A stretch of DNA of 32,378 nt from Octopus bimaculoides (lineage: Eukaryota): positions 71,946,439 to 71,978,816 of the forward strand of contig NC_068989.1 of assembly GCF_001194135.2 (NCBI RefSeq), written 5' to 3'. The notes below the pieces were generated by a model. The model was not told the DNA's origin and made no database searches. It worked only from the letters and a program-made list of their open reading frames with translations. Below, piece by piece: positions 11,791-21,049 of this stretch. The position numbers and the translations under genes are program-made. Within the stretch, counting starts at the first letter, position 1, and every line of letters starts with the position of its first letter.

Positions 11791-12686
11791 AATTAACTGG
11801 TCTTTTCGGGAGGACTTTCGGCCTAGGGACTATGGATAATTTTCAAAAATCCCTGATGTGGCAGTGCTACCGAGAAGCTCTGCTGGTTAGAAGCAAGCTC
11901 AAGAGGCACAGAAGTGATGTCGGACGGACATGTCTGAGATGAGCACAGAGCGATGAAACCGTTCTGCATGCACTCGTTCTTTGTTCAAGTATTGATGAAT
12001 TGTGGAGCTTTTGTCGAACAGCTTTTGTCGAATAGCTTTTGTCGAATAGCTTTTGTCGAATAGCTTTTGTCGAATAGCTTTTGTCGAACAGCTTTTGTCG
12101 AATAGCTTTTGTCGCGTGTGGGACAAATCCAGTTATCGGTCGAGTCCATCGTAAGGATCGTCCGCTGCCATGCTTTTGGCCTATAAGTACCGGCAGTTTC
12201 CCTCTGCCTGGTGGCTATGGTGAAAGAGATAGTGTGGTGGGCGAAGTTGAAAGTGCTGAAGACAGATACTTTCCTCTTCAGCCAAGTCCTCATCGACTTT
12301 TTCAAGTTCTACTTGAGAGAAAAGAGGTGAGGGTAGAGAGGGAAATGCTGTTCCCCAGTATTTTTGCAGAAAGACAGGTGAATGTGGCGAGGATGGCCCG
12401 TGTGGATGGGCTTACTCTGAACATGCGCCTGGAGATCGAAGGGGATGAGGAGGAGTAAGGTTCCTGTCTGGGCTGCCCTTGGTGGTTGAGGTGACCACGA
12501 TATGTGGCGTTCCTTGATTGGCTCTGGGTGGAACTCTTTCATTTGGGGAATTTTATTGTTTAAATTTTATACACATGTGACTTTTTGCTAAACCCCACTT
12601 GTCCCTTGTTTTGTTTTGTCCTTTTTTGTCTTGTGTTCGACTCTTGTGGCCAATAAAAAAACAAAATTATTATCATTATCTTTATT
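11791..12686 (+). mobile_element. L1/Tx1-like LINE 3' part (5' end in gap 11323-11790)
   Basis: MDNFQKSLMWQCYREALLVR and ETVLHAL; RKEVRVEREML..ERQVNVARMARVDG; the 3' end is CTCTTGTGGCCAATAAAAAACAAAATTATTATC. Confidence 0.85.
12007..12114. repeat. 14-bp minisatellite GCTTTTGTCGAAYA x7.7
   Basis: Seven full units plus a 10-bp partial unit, inside the LINE coding remnant. Confidence 0.97.
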
Positions 12687-12897
12687 AAGGCGGCGTGCTG
12701 GCAGACTCGTTAGCACGCCGGGCAAAAAGCTCAGCGGCATTTTCACCCACCTTCACGTTCTGAGTTCAAATTCCGCTGAGGTCGACTTTACCTTTTATCC
12801 TTTCTGGGTCGATATAATAAGTACCAGTTTAGTGCTGGGGGTCGATGTAATTGACTTACCTCATCCCCCAAAACTGCTGACCTTGTGCCAAAATTAA
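12687..12897 (+). mobile_element. Family 1 SINE (tail type A)
   Basis: Complete head, B-box and central block, directly after the LINE tail. Confidence 0.9.
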
Positions 12898-13035
12898 TTA
12901 ATTTAGTTATTTTTAAGATTTGAGTACATTTATCTAAATTAGATATACGTATTCACGATAACAATGTTTGTTTTACATTTGCTGGTTTGCTTCAGATCTG
13001 CGTGATTTAAATTGCATTATATTTCTACATCCCGC

Positions 13036-13073
13036 ATGGAGAACAGTGATCATGAACTCGCATCTAAAGCAAG
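13036..13073 (+). CDS. Putative first coding exon of the SLC16-like gene (MENSDHELASKA + AG; exon about 12996-13073)
   Basis: Unique non-repeat island with acceptor TTTGCTTCAG at 12995, ATG at 13036 and donor AAG|GTAATT. It ends in phase 2, matching the phase-2 acceptor TGTTTAG|T at 20664/20665. Confidence 0.4.
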
Positions 13074-13310
13074 GTAATTAAGCATTATATTTTCTGTATA
13101 TAATTTTTGTACTACACCCAATATTTAGAGAACCTCAGCACTTTTATTTATATGTATTGTTGTTTTTGTTCAGCTCCTGGTTAGTTCTAATCGTGAAGAC
13201 CTCTGATTAACGGGTGTCCCAGTTACGAACAAGTCTTTGTTCTTTCCTTATCTACAGTGCCCTATCTTATCCACTAACGTGTGCCTTATTTATTTATTTA
13301 TTTATTTATA

Positions 13311-13542
13311 AGGCGGCGAGCTGGCAGAATCGTTAGCACGCCGGGCGAAATGCTTAGCGGTGTTTCGTCTGCCGTTACGTTCTGAGTTTAAATTCCGCCG
13401 AGGTCGACCTTGCCTTTCATACTTTCGGGGTCGATAAATTAAGTACCAGTTACTCACTGGGGTTGATGTAATCGACTTAATCCCTTTGTCTGTCCTTGTT
13501 TGTCCCCTCTATGTTTAGCCCCTTGTGGGCAATAAAGAAATA
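13311..13542 (+). mobile_element. Full-length family 1 SINE (tail type B) with 12-bp TSD
   Basis: The TSD AACGTGTGCCTT is at 13276-13287 and 13543-13554, with (ATTT)n between the 5' TSD and the head. Confidence 0.95.
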
Positions 13543-13780
13543 AACGTGTGCCTTTTTTGCAAGACTGCAATTTATAATTTAAGGGTGATGTGGCTGCTAT
13601 ATCTTATATGAACACCAACTACGTAGATGGTCACTCAATAGGTTGGCACATTAGGTATATATTTAGCTGTTACCGGCGTTGTTGTTATTTCCAAGGAAGA
13701 TAATATTTACCCGTTGAAGACTGGAAACAAATAACATTGTTTTATGATGCTCATTTACAATCACCACACACACACGTATA

Positions 13781-13889
13781 TACGATATCTATCTATACGA
13801 TATCTATCTATACGATATCTATCTATACGATATCTATCTATACGATATCTATCTATACATGCATACATACATACATACATACATACATA
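13781..13889. repeat. 15-bp tandem repeat TACGATATCTATCTA x5, then (TACA)n
   Basis: Directly visible; it forms the tail region of the adjacent minus-strand SINE. Confidence 0.95.
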
Positions 13890-13890
13890 C

Positions 13891-14034
13891 GACGTGCTTC
13901 TTTCAGTTCATGTCATCCAAATCTACTCACAGGGGCTATAATAGAAGAAATTTGCCTAAAGTGCTACACAATGGAATTGAACCCGAGCCCACATGGTTGG
14001 AAAGCAAGCTTCTTAACCAGACAACCATGCCTAC
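13891..14034 (-). mobile_element. tRNA-derived CORE-type SINE (family 2)
   Basis: Minus strand GTAGGCATGGTTGTCTGGTTAAGAAGCTTG..GGGTTCAATTCC..GCACTTTAGGCAAATTTCTT (A box, B box, CORE-like block). Confidence 0.75.
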
Positions 14035-14440
14035 ACTCATTTGAATTTATTTTAGTTTTCTGATTTACGCTGTGTTGTGCATAAAATAGACGTTATTTAA
14101 TTAATAACGAGTCGTCAAATCACAGCTGTAAAAATTAGGGTATCCTCTTTAGCGCTAGCTTAATACACGACTACCATATTTTGCCACTCATCTGTAAAAT
14201 GGGCTGGCGAAGGAAGCTGGTACATCTCTGAAGAGCACTCAACTAACTGTGAAACGCTTCGCCAGGAGATTTCTTCTGTTTCTTTTTATTCGTACACGAA
14301 TATTATAAAAAGAATGTTATTTAAATCACAGTGAGGCTTTCTAGTGTTTGAATTGTTTAATAAAACTGCAACTTTGTAGATCGTTTGAGTGGAGGTGGAA
14401 ATCTTTTTCGAATGCACATATACACACATATATATATATG

Positions 14441-14508
<68 letters not shown>

Positions 14509-14821
14509 ATACTTTTTTCGTTGTATATTGTATTCGTTTTTTTTTGTATGTTATTTTTATAATTATTTATCTTCTATATAAATGATCCGTTAATTTATTG
14601 CTTTTCTCTACATAAACCGAGCAGACACCTTGCGGAACAGTATTTATTTTAACAAGTTATATCTAATTATCATCCGAAGTGACACATCTACACCGTCCGA
14701 TGCTCCGAAACCAGTTAAGTATCTCACCCGTGAGGGATCGATGCTAGATGGGTCGAAACAATTGTCGTGATTAATAAATATTCTCATATCTTCCGCCTCT
14801 CCCCCCTCTCTCTCATTAACC

Positions 14822-14858
<37 letters not shown>

Positions 14859-14860
14859 TA

Positions 14861-14896
<36 letters not shown>

Positions 14897-15776
14897 NNNN
14901 NNNNNNNNNNNNNNNNNNNNNNNNNNNNNNNNNNNNNNNNNNNNNNNNNNNNNNNNNNNNNNNNNNNNNNNNNNNNNNNNNNNNNNNNNNNNNNNNNNNN
15001 NNNNNNNNNNNNNNNNNNNNNNNNNNNNNNNNNNNNNNNNNNNNNNNNNNNNNNNNNNNNNNNNNNNNNNNNNNNNNNNNNNNNNNNNNNNNNNNNNNNN
15101 NNNNNNNNNNNNNNNNNNNNNNNNNNNNNNNNNNNNNNNNNNNNNNNNNNNNNNNNNNNNNNNNNNNNNNNNNNNNNNNNNNNNNNNNNNNNNNNNNNNN
15201 NNNNNNNNNNNNNNNNNNNNNNNNNNNNNNNNNNNNNNNNNNNNNNNNNNNNNNNNNNNNNNNNNNNNNNNNNNNNNNNNNNNNNNNNNNNNNNNNNNNN
15301 NNNNNNNNNNNNNNNNNNNNNNNNNNNNNNNNNNNNNNNNNNNNNNNNNNNNNNNNNNNNNNNNNNNNNNNNNNNNNNNNNNNNNNNNNNNNNNNNNNNN
15401 NNNNNNNNNNNNNNNNNNNNNNNNNNNNNNNNNNNNNNNNNNNNNNNNNNNNNNNNNNNNNNNNNNNNNNNNNNNNNNNNNNNNNNNNNNNNNNNNNNNN
15501 NNNNNNNNNNNNNNNNNNNNNNNNNNNNNNNNNNNNNNNNNNNNNNNNNNNNNNNNNNNNNNNNNNNNNNNNNNNNNNNNNNNNNNNNNNNNNNNNNNNN
15601 NNNNNNNNNNNNNNNNNNNNNNNNNNNNNNNNNNNNNNNNNNNNNNNNNNNNNNNNNNNNNNNNNNNNNNNNNNNNNNNNNNNNNNNNNNNNNNNNNNNN
15701 NNNNNNNNNNNNNNNNNNNNNNNNNNNNNNNNNNNNNNNNNNNNNNNNNNNNNNNNNNNNNNNNNNNNNNNNNNNN

Positions 15777-15826
15777 TATTGAGCACGGTGTGCTAACGAT
15801 TCTGGCAGCTCGCCGCTTTTGCGATT
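15777..15826 (-). mobile_element. 5' head of a family 1 SINE running into the gap
   Basis: The reverse complement is GCGGCGAGCTGCCAGAATCGTTAGCACACCG. Confidence 0.75.
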
Positions 15827-15960
15827 TGTGTAATTGGCAAGCAAAAGTACAACTGTGCAGAAATTCTCAATAAAATGAGACTTTGCCTATTATCTATCTC
15901 TATTTCTGAGTTGCACATGAAATAATGGTTTCAAATTTTAGTAGAGGACCAACAGTTTCG

Positions 15961-16213
15961 GGGGAGAAGAGATGATTACATCAATCCCAGTACTTAAATG
16001 GTACGTATTTTATCGAACCTCGAAATGGTACGTATTTTATCGATCTCCGAAAGGACATGTATTTTATCGATCTCCGAAATGGTACGTATTTTATTGACCT
16101 CGCTTGGATGGAAAGCAAAGTCGCAGTCGGTGTAATTTGAACCCGAAGACAGACAAAATACCGCTAAGTATTTTTTTCCCGGCGTGCTAATGATTTTGCA
16201 AGCTCGCAGCCTT
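15961..16213 (-). mobile_element. Family 1 SINE with a 4 x 27-bp internal tandem amplification
   Basis: The head is at 16170-16213. Units like AAATGGTACGTATTTTATCGATCTCCG span 15996-16102. Confidence 0.8.
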
Positions 16214-16320
16214 GAAATGTGATACATGTAATAATGCAAATCTAGTTTTTTCTAAATCTGTATGATGCTGATTCTGCATGCGAATTACAGAAAGGTTACA
16301 TCTGTCTTCGGAATATTAAC

Positions 16321-16450
16321 CTAGTGGTTATGGCTGTGGGACTCACAGTCGTTATGTTGTGGGTTCGATTATCGAACTTGGACGAGAATTGTGTCCTTGA
16401 GGAAAGCACTTCATCCCATTTTGCTCCAGCACACTTAGCTGAAAATCAGT
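16321..16450 (+). mobile_element. Degenerate CORE-type SINE
   Basis: TAGTGGTTA, GGTTCGATT and GTGTCCTTGAGGAAAGCACTT. Confidence 0.6.
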
Positions 16451-16479
16451 GTCAGCAACAGTTGAAATGTTCATAACAG

Positions 16480-17050
16480 ACTTCCTTCACGCTCTCGTAT
16501 CCCCTTAGGTAAAACTATGCAGTGTTCAAATAAGCAGTGCCTTAGCCTTATCAAAAGAAAGTAGATGTCTTCTTTCTTTAGAATTTTTCTAACCACATAG
16601 GTATCCACGGGGCAGCAAATTTCGATAATAAAACATATTTTCCTTGCGGACCCATAAAACAATATCTGGCCGGTTGTGTTTTAACTTGGTGGCTGCTATA
16701 ATTGTCAACAATATTCTTTTGAGCCATCCGTCTCAATATTGTCAAATTCATCTACAGACACTTGTTTTTGTTACCCTGTTCCAGACTGTTCTGCGTAGTA
16801 CGTCATATCTCATAAGAAGATGACATGTGGAAAACATTATCTCGCAGCTGGCAATAATGTGGTTGATGTCCTCAATCTTTGTCTTGTACAGTCTACATTT
16901 GTTGTCTATCGATGTTTTCTGCCTTTTATGCCGCAAGTACTTGGTGGTACCGAATATCGTGCTTTGACAATTCCATTTCAGATGATTGTGATAACGGTGA
17001 AAAAAATATCCATGTTAATTTATTGATGCATTCAGGCAAGTCAATGTCTG
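16480..17050 (-). mobile_element. 3' part of an R4/Dong-like element: zinc-knuckle and restriction-like endonuclease remnant
   Basis: TTKYLRHK..DNKCRLYKTKIEDINHIIASC..R(Y)D (decayed CCHC), then HNRPDIV and FIIEICCPVDTYVVRKILKKEDIY (PD-(D/E)xK-type RLE). Confidence 0.75.
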
Positions 17051-17310
17051 TATTATCAAGCAATTTCCCAAAAAATGTTTTTAAAAATTTCACAAATCTG
17101 CAAAAATCCGGTACAAATTATTTATGGTTCAAAACGTTGCTTACTTTTTACTCAACCTGATATATATATATATATATATATCGTGTTCTTCATTTCTTTT
17201 TACTTATATTTCTTTACGACCACTTTCTCAATAAATTTTTTTAGTCTAATACTAATATTGCGTTTCGATTTTTTTTCTTAACCATTTTCTGACTCTAAAC
17301 TCCTTTTAAA

Positions 17311-17502
17311 CCTAAAAAAGGGCCAAAACTATGTAATCAGCCTTTTTTAAAGGCATTTTAAAAGTTAAAACTATAAATTCAGTATTTTTTTAACTCTAAA
17401 GTAAAGCAAAAAAAAAAAAAAAACTATAGCTTTTGGGTTCTAAAGCCCTTAAAAAGGCTAAAAAAAAAAGGTTGATTTTATAGTTTTGGCACTTTTTAAA
17501 GG
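17311..17502. repeat. Imperfect AT-rich inverted repeat (foldback-like)
   Basis: CCTAAAAAAGGGCCAAAACTAT..CCTTTTTTAAAGGC pairs with GCCCTTAAAAAGG..ATAGTTTTGGCACTTTTTAAAGG. Confidence 0.6.
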
Positions 17503-17530
17503 TGTTTTTAGGTGTTATTTTTTCTATAAT

Positions 17531-17672
17531 AAAAATTGGCGTTAACGGTTTATCGAAAACTTCTGTTACATTTTTAAAGAATTAACTGATTAACGGTTAT
17601 CGAAGTTAGCTTTTTGGTTAACCGAGCAACGGTTAACGAAGTTAACTTTTCGATTAACGACGCTCACCTTTG
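17531..17672 (-). mobile_element. Possible DNA-transposon (hAT-like) end with clustered GTTAAC/TAACG subterminal motifs
   Basis: The minus strand begins CAAAGGTGAGCGTCGTTAATCGAAAAGTTAACTTCGTTAACCG, with repeated short subterminal motifs. The superfamily call is inference. Confidence 0.4.
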
Positions 17673-17852
17673 AAATTTATGTATTACATTGTCTACCAAT
17701 TCTACGATATATTTTTCATGATATCTGTTTATTATTTATTGTTATTGTTATTAACACATATTTTCACACGACAGCTATGCCCTCCCTTACTTACAGCGTA
17801 TAATCTCTAAATTTTCTTTACAGTTTTATAATTTTTATAGTGCTATTATCTC

Positions 17853-17963
17853 CCTTTTAATTACCTTTATAATTCATATATAGCATTTATTATCAGTTTA
17901 ATACTGTTTACCTTTTAATTACCTTTATAATTAATATATGATATTTATTATCAGTATAATACT
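17853..17963. repeat. Direct tandem duplication, 58-bp period
   Basis: CCTTTTAATTACCTTTATAATT..ATTTATTATCAGT.TAATACT occurs at 17853 and 17911. Confidence 0.85.
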
Positions 17964-19272
17964 ATAATTTTGCGGTTTTATAGGAGGTTTTTTTCATTTC
18001 CATTCATTAGGTTCCAAATTCCTTAATAGAACCCCACTACCCCTTTCATCATTAAAACCTCACCTAAAAAAAAAAAAAAATAAAGGATAGAAGGGACCGG
18101 TAAGTAAATAAATAATTTAAAATTCAAAAATTCAAAATTACCAATCAAGACCTTAAAATGAGATTGCCGCTTAGAACTAAAATAAAATAAACTAAAATAG
18201 AATAGAATAAAATAAAATAAAATAAGAATTTAATTTGTTGAGGCTACGGGCCTAAAGATTCTATTATCGAACAACTTAATGCATGTATAATGGTGGCTAA
18301 TTTTCGTCAACCCACCCCACCCAAATTTCTGGCTTTGTGCTTAAAGTAGAAAGTTTTATATCTTGACAAAAAAAAAAAACATAAACACACAGACACGCAT
18401 ATACTACCATCCCTAATATGCAAACAAGCTACTCCCAACGTGCATCCGCCCACACAGGCAGAAAAAAATATACACACTCCACATAAACAAGTAGTCTCAC
18501 CACACACTCACAGACTCTCCTGTCTTAAAAAAAACCCCACATTTTCTACCTCTCTCCAACTTCCGGTCAGTTACTTTTCGGCCATGAAACAACGCACGGC
18601 CTTTTCTCCGGACTATCTGCTCCTTTCTCCCTTTCCTTCTTTCTGGACATTTTCCTCTTTCCGACGAAGAGCCATATTCGAAACGGCTTTTCCGCTCCTA
18701 TTTTTCCATCTAAAATTTACACTGAGCATCAATTTAATAGATTCACTGTTTCCGTCTAATTCACTTCTGTTGTTTTCCTTGTTTTTTTTATTTGCCTATA
18801 TNNNNNNNNNNNNNNNNNNNNNNNNNNNNNNNNNNNNNNNNNNNNNNNNNNNNNNNNNNNNNNNNNNNNNNNNNNNNNNNNNNNNNNNNNNNNNNNNNNN
18901 NNNNNNNNNNNNNNNNNNNNNNNNNNNNNNNNNNNNATATAGAGAGAGAGAGAGAGAGAGAGAGATAAAACTTACTTGGGAAAGGATGCGTGGCGTTAGA
19001 TCATATAATAATATAAATAATATATAAACATATGCATATATCCATACATACATGTACATACCTACATCTATATGTATACATACATGCATATAGGGGTACA
19101 GGACATCACAAAAAACGTTAAACACAATGAGAAACGGAAACATAAAGACGAAAACAGAAAACGAACTTTTTTCGAACAACAAAAAAACAAACAAACAGAG
19201 AAACGAGACAGGCAACATAAAGAGTATAACCATATGCATATGTTTATATATTATTCATATTATATATATATA

Positions 19273-19440
19273 TATCAATTGATAATTAATGGTACTACAG
19301 GTAGTACCAGCATGCTAAAATAGCTGTCAAAATTACTCAAACCACAAGTTTTCACTCTAACACAAGGGTGAAGGCGGGCATTTGGACTGCTATTTTAGCA
19401 TGCTGGTACTTCCTGTAGCACTCTTAATTATTAATTGATA
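19273..19440. mobile_element. MITE-like element with 61-bp imperfect terminal inverted repeats and a 46-bp spacer
   Basis: 19273-19333 matches the reverse complement of 19380-19440 (TATCAATT.ATAATTAA..GT.CTACAGG.AGTACCAGCATGCTAAAATAGC.GTC.AAAT). Confidence 0.75.
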
Positions 19441-19841
19441 ATTTCACCTTTATGGGTTTTTTACGCATGCTATGCTACTGATATATTATAAACAATAATA
19501 TCCTTATATATATATTGTTGTTTTTCGGAATGGTCATTTTTTTCTGTCAAAAAAAAAAGAAGAAAAAAAGAAAAATACCATCTGAAATACAGCAATATCT
19601 GTTTCAACACACGATTTTACATAAGGAATCTTGTAAAACGATTTGATAACGTGTATATATGTATGTGTGTGAATAGTTTTGTTAAACGGTGTCGAGTTTT
19701 ACAATTCTGTAAATAATAATAATGGTATTTTTATAAGCTTAAAGCTTATAGCGATCACCGTGCAATGACTAAGGAAAATAGTCTAATAATGGAGCATTTA
19801 TATGCCCCAAGACCTCGACAGAAAAAAAAAAGTAGGATTTT

Positions 19842-19915
19842 CCATCTGCGCAGGACTCGAACCCACACCCCTTTGTTAACGCAACTAAGTGTGTTACCGA
19901 TTACGTCAGCGAACT
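19842..19915 (-). ncRNA. tRNA-like Pol III unit, left arm of the palindrome
   Basis: A-box-like TGACGTAATCGG, B box GGTTCGAGTCC and a cloverleaf-like fold. A T-run terminator follows (A11 on + at 19822-19831 region). Confidence 0.55.
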
Positions 19916-20068
19916 AGCTTGCTTCTTGTTTTCACATTTAAGAACTATATTAGTTCGTAGTTGTAAACAAACTCTATGTGCTTTCGGTGCAGATGTACAT
20001 AGAAGTTTGTTTACTAAAAACAACTACGAACTAATGTAGTTCTTAAATTTGAAAGCAAGAAGCAGGCT

Positions 20069-20142
20069 AGTTCGCTGGTGTAGTCGGTAACACACTTAGT
20101 CGCGTTAACAAAGGAATGTCGGTTCGAGTCCCACGCGGATGG
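20069..20142 (+). ncRNA. tRNA-like Pol III unit, right arm of the palindrome
   Basis: Acceptor AGTTCGC/GCGGATG (6/7 paired), D arm GTGT-AGTCGGTA-ACAC, T arm with TTCGAGT, atypical 9-nt anticodon loop, and TTTTT at 20156-20160. Confidence 0.55.
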
Positions 20143-20300
20143 AAAAGCCACTTTCTTTTTATCTGTCGGGGGCTTACATGCCCCACTATTAGACTATATT
20201 CCTTAGTCATTGCACGGTGATCGCTCTAAGCTTATAAAATACTATTATTATTATTACTTACAGAAGTGTGTGTGTATGTATATATATATATATATATATA

Positions 20301-20373
20301 TATAAAGTGAAGTATATTGCCACTTAAATGTGGCTGACCCCTAGGGGTGGATGTTACTGGTCAGCCACATTTA
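20301..20373. repeat. Second copy of the (TA)n-anchored repeat terminus, with a local 15-bp inversion
   Basis: Matches about 26-85 inverted. TAAATGTGGCTGACC (20325-20339) and GGTCAGCCACATTTA (20359-20373) are exact reverse complements. Confidence 0.8.
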
Positions 20374-20650
20374 NNNNNNNNNNNNNNNNNNNNNNNNNNN
20401 NNNNNNNNNNNNNNNNNNNNNNNNNNNNNNNNNNNNNNNNNNNNNNNNNNNNNNNNNNNNNNNNNNNNNNNNNNNNNNNNNNNNNNNNNNNNNNNNNNNN
20501 NNNNNNNNNNNNNNNNNNNNTATATATATATATATATGTAAAATACTTTATTTATACCTCTTAATTCCTAATCCAACTCTCGTTATTTCATCAAACAAAC
20601 AAAAAATTTATGCAGATCCATATGTCGTGCTTATTCTTATTTCTATTTCC

Positions 20651-20864
20651 ATGGCATTGTTTAGTGAAAAACCTCAACTTACATGGTGTAAAAAAGCGGA
20701 AGCTATTCTGGTGGTCGCCTCTGCTTTCGTCTGCAACGTTTTGGTTCACAGTGTCATTGTATCACTTCATCTGTATTTTGCTGAACTGATTCGAGAATAT
20801 CCAAATAACCGTGAACTTATATCAGTAATTATATTCTTACCACTAGTAGTTTATGGATTAATAG
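20651..20864 (+). CDS. SLC16/MCT-like MFS transporter, exon encoding TM1-TM2 (starts at ATG 20651 or at acceptor 20665)
   Basis: ILVVASAFVCNVLVHSVIVSLHLYFAELIREY..LISVIIFLPLVVYGLIG matches the MCT TM1-2 pattern. The phase-1 donor G|GTAAGT at 20864 is at the intron position typical of SLC16 genes. Confidence 0.8.
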
Positions 20865-21049
20865 GTAAGTTAAACATGATTGTTTTCATTGCGATTAATC
20901 ATAGTCACCGATACGTGGATACCTCTATTATTACTTTTTTTTTTGAGCCATTAAACTCAGTGCTTAAATATTTTTAAAGTTCAGCCGGCCACCTCCAGCA
21001 AGTGAGTATGGCTTGCTAATATGTACCATACTTTCTCTGGTTGTTCTAG

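Larger units (their letters stand above)
19705..20265. repeat. 561-bp imperfect palindrome containing two tRNA-like units
   Basis: Arms 19705-19981 and 19995-20265 align end to end as reverse complements around a 13-nt spacer. Confidence 0.95.

Noticed and set aside
12007-16102. Short tandem arrays considered as CRISPR-like
   Set aside because: The units are contiguous with no unique spacers, there are no cas genes, and the context is eukaryotic.
18655-18700. CCGACGAAGAG..TTCGAAACGGC as a functional hammerhead
   Set aside because: It has no NUH triplet and no stem I partner; at most a PLE relic.
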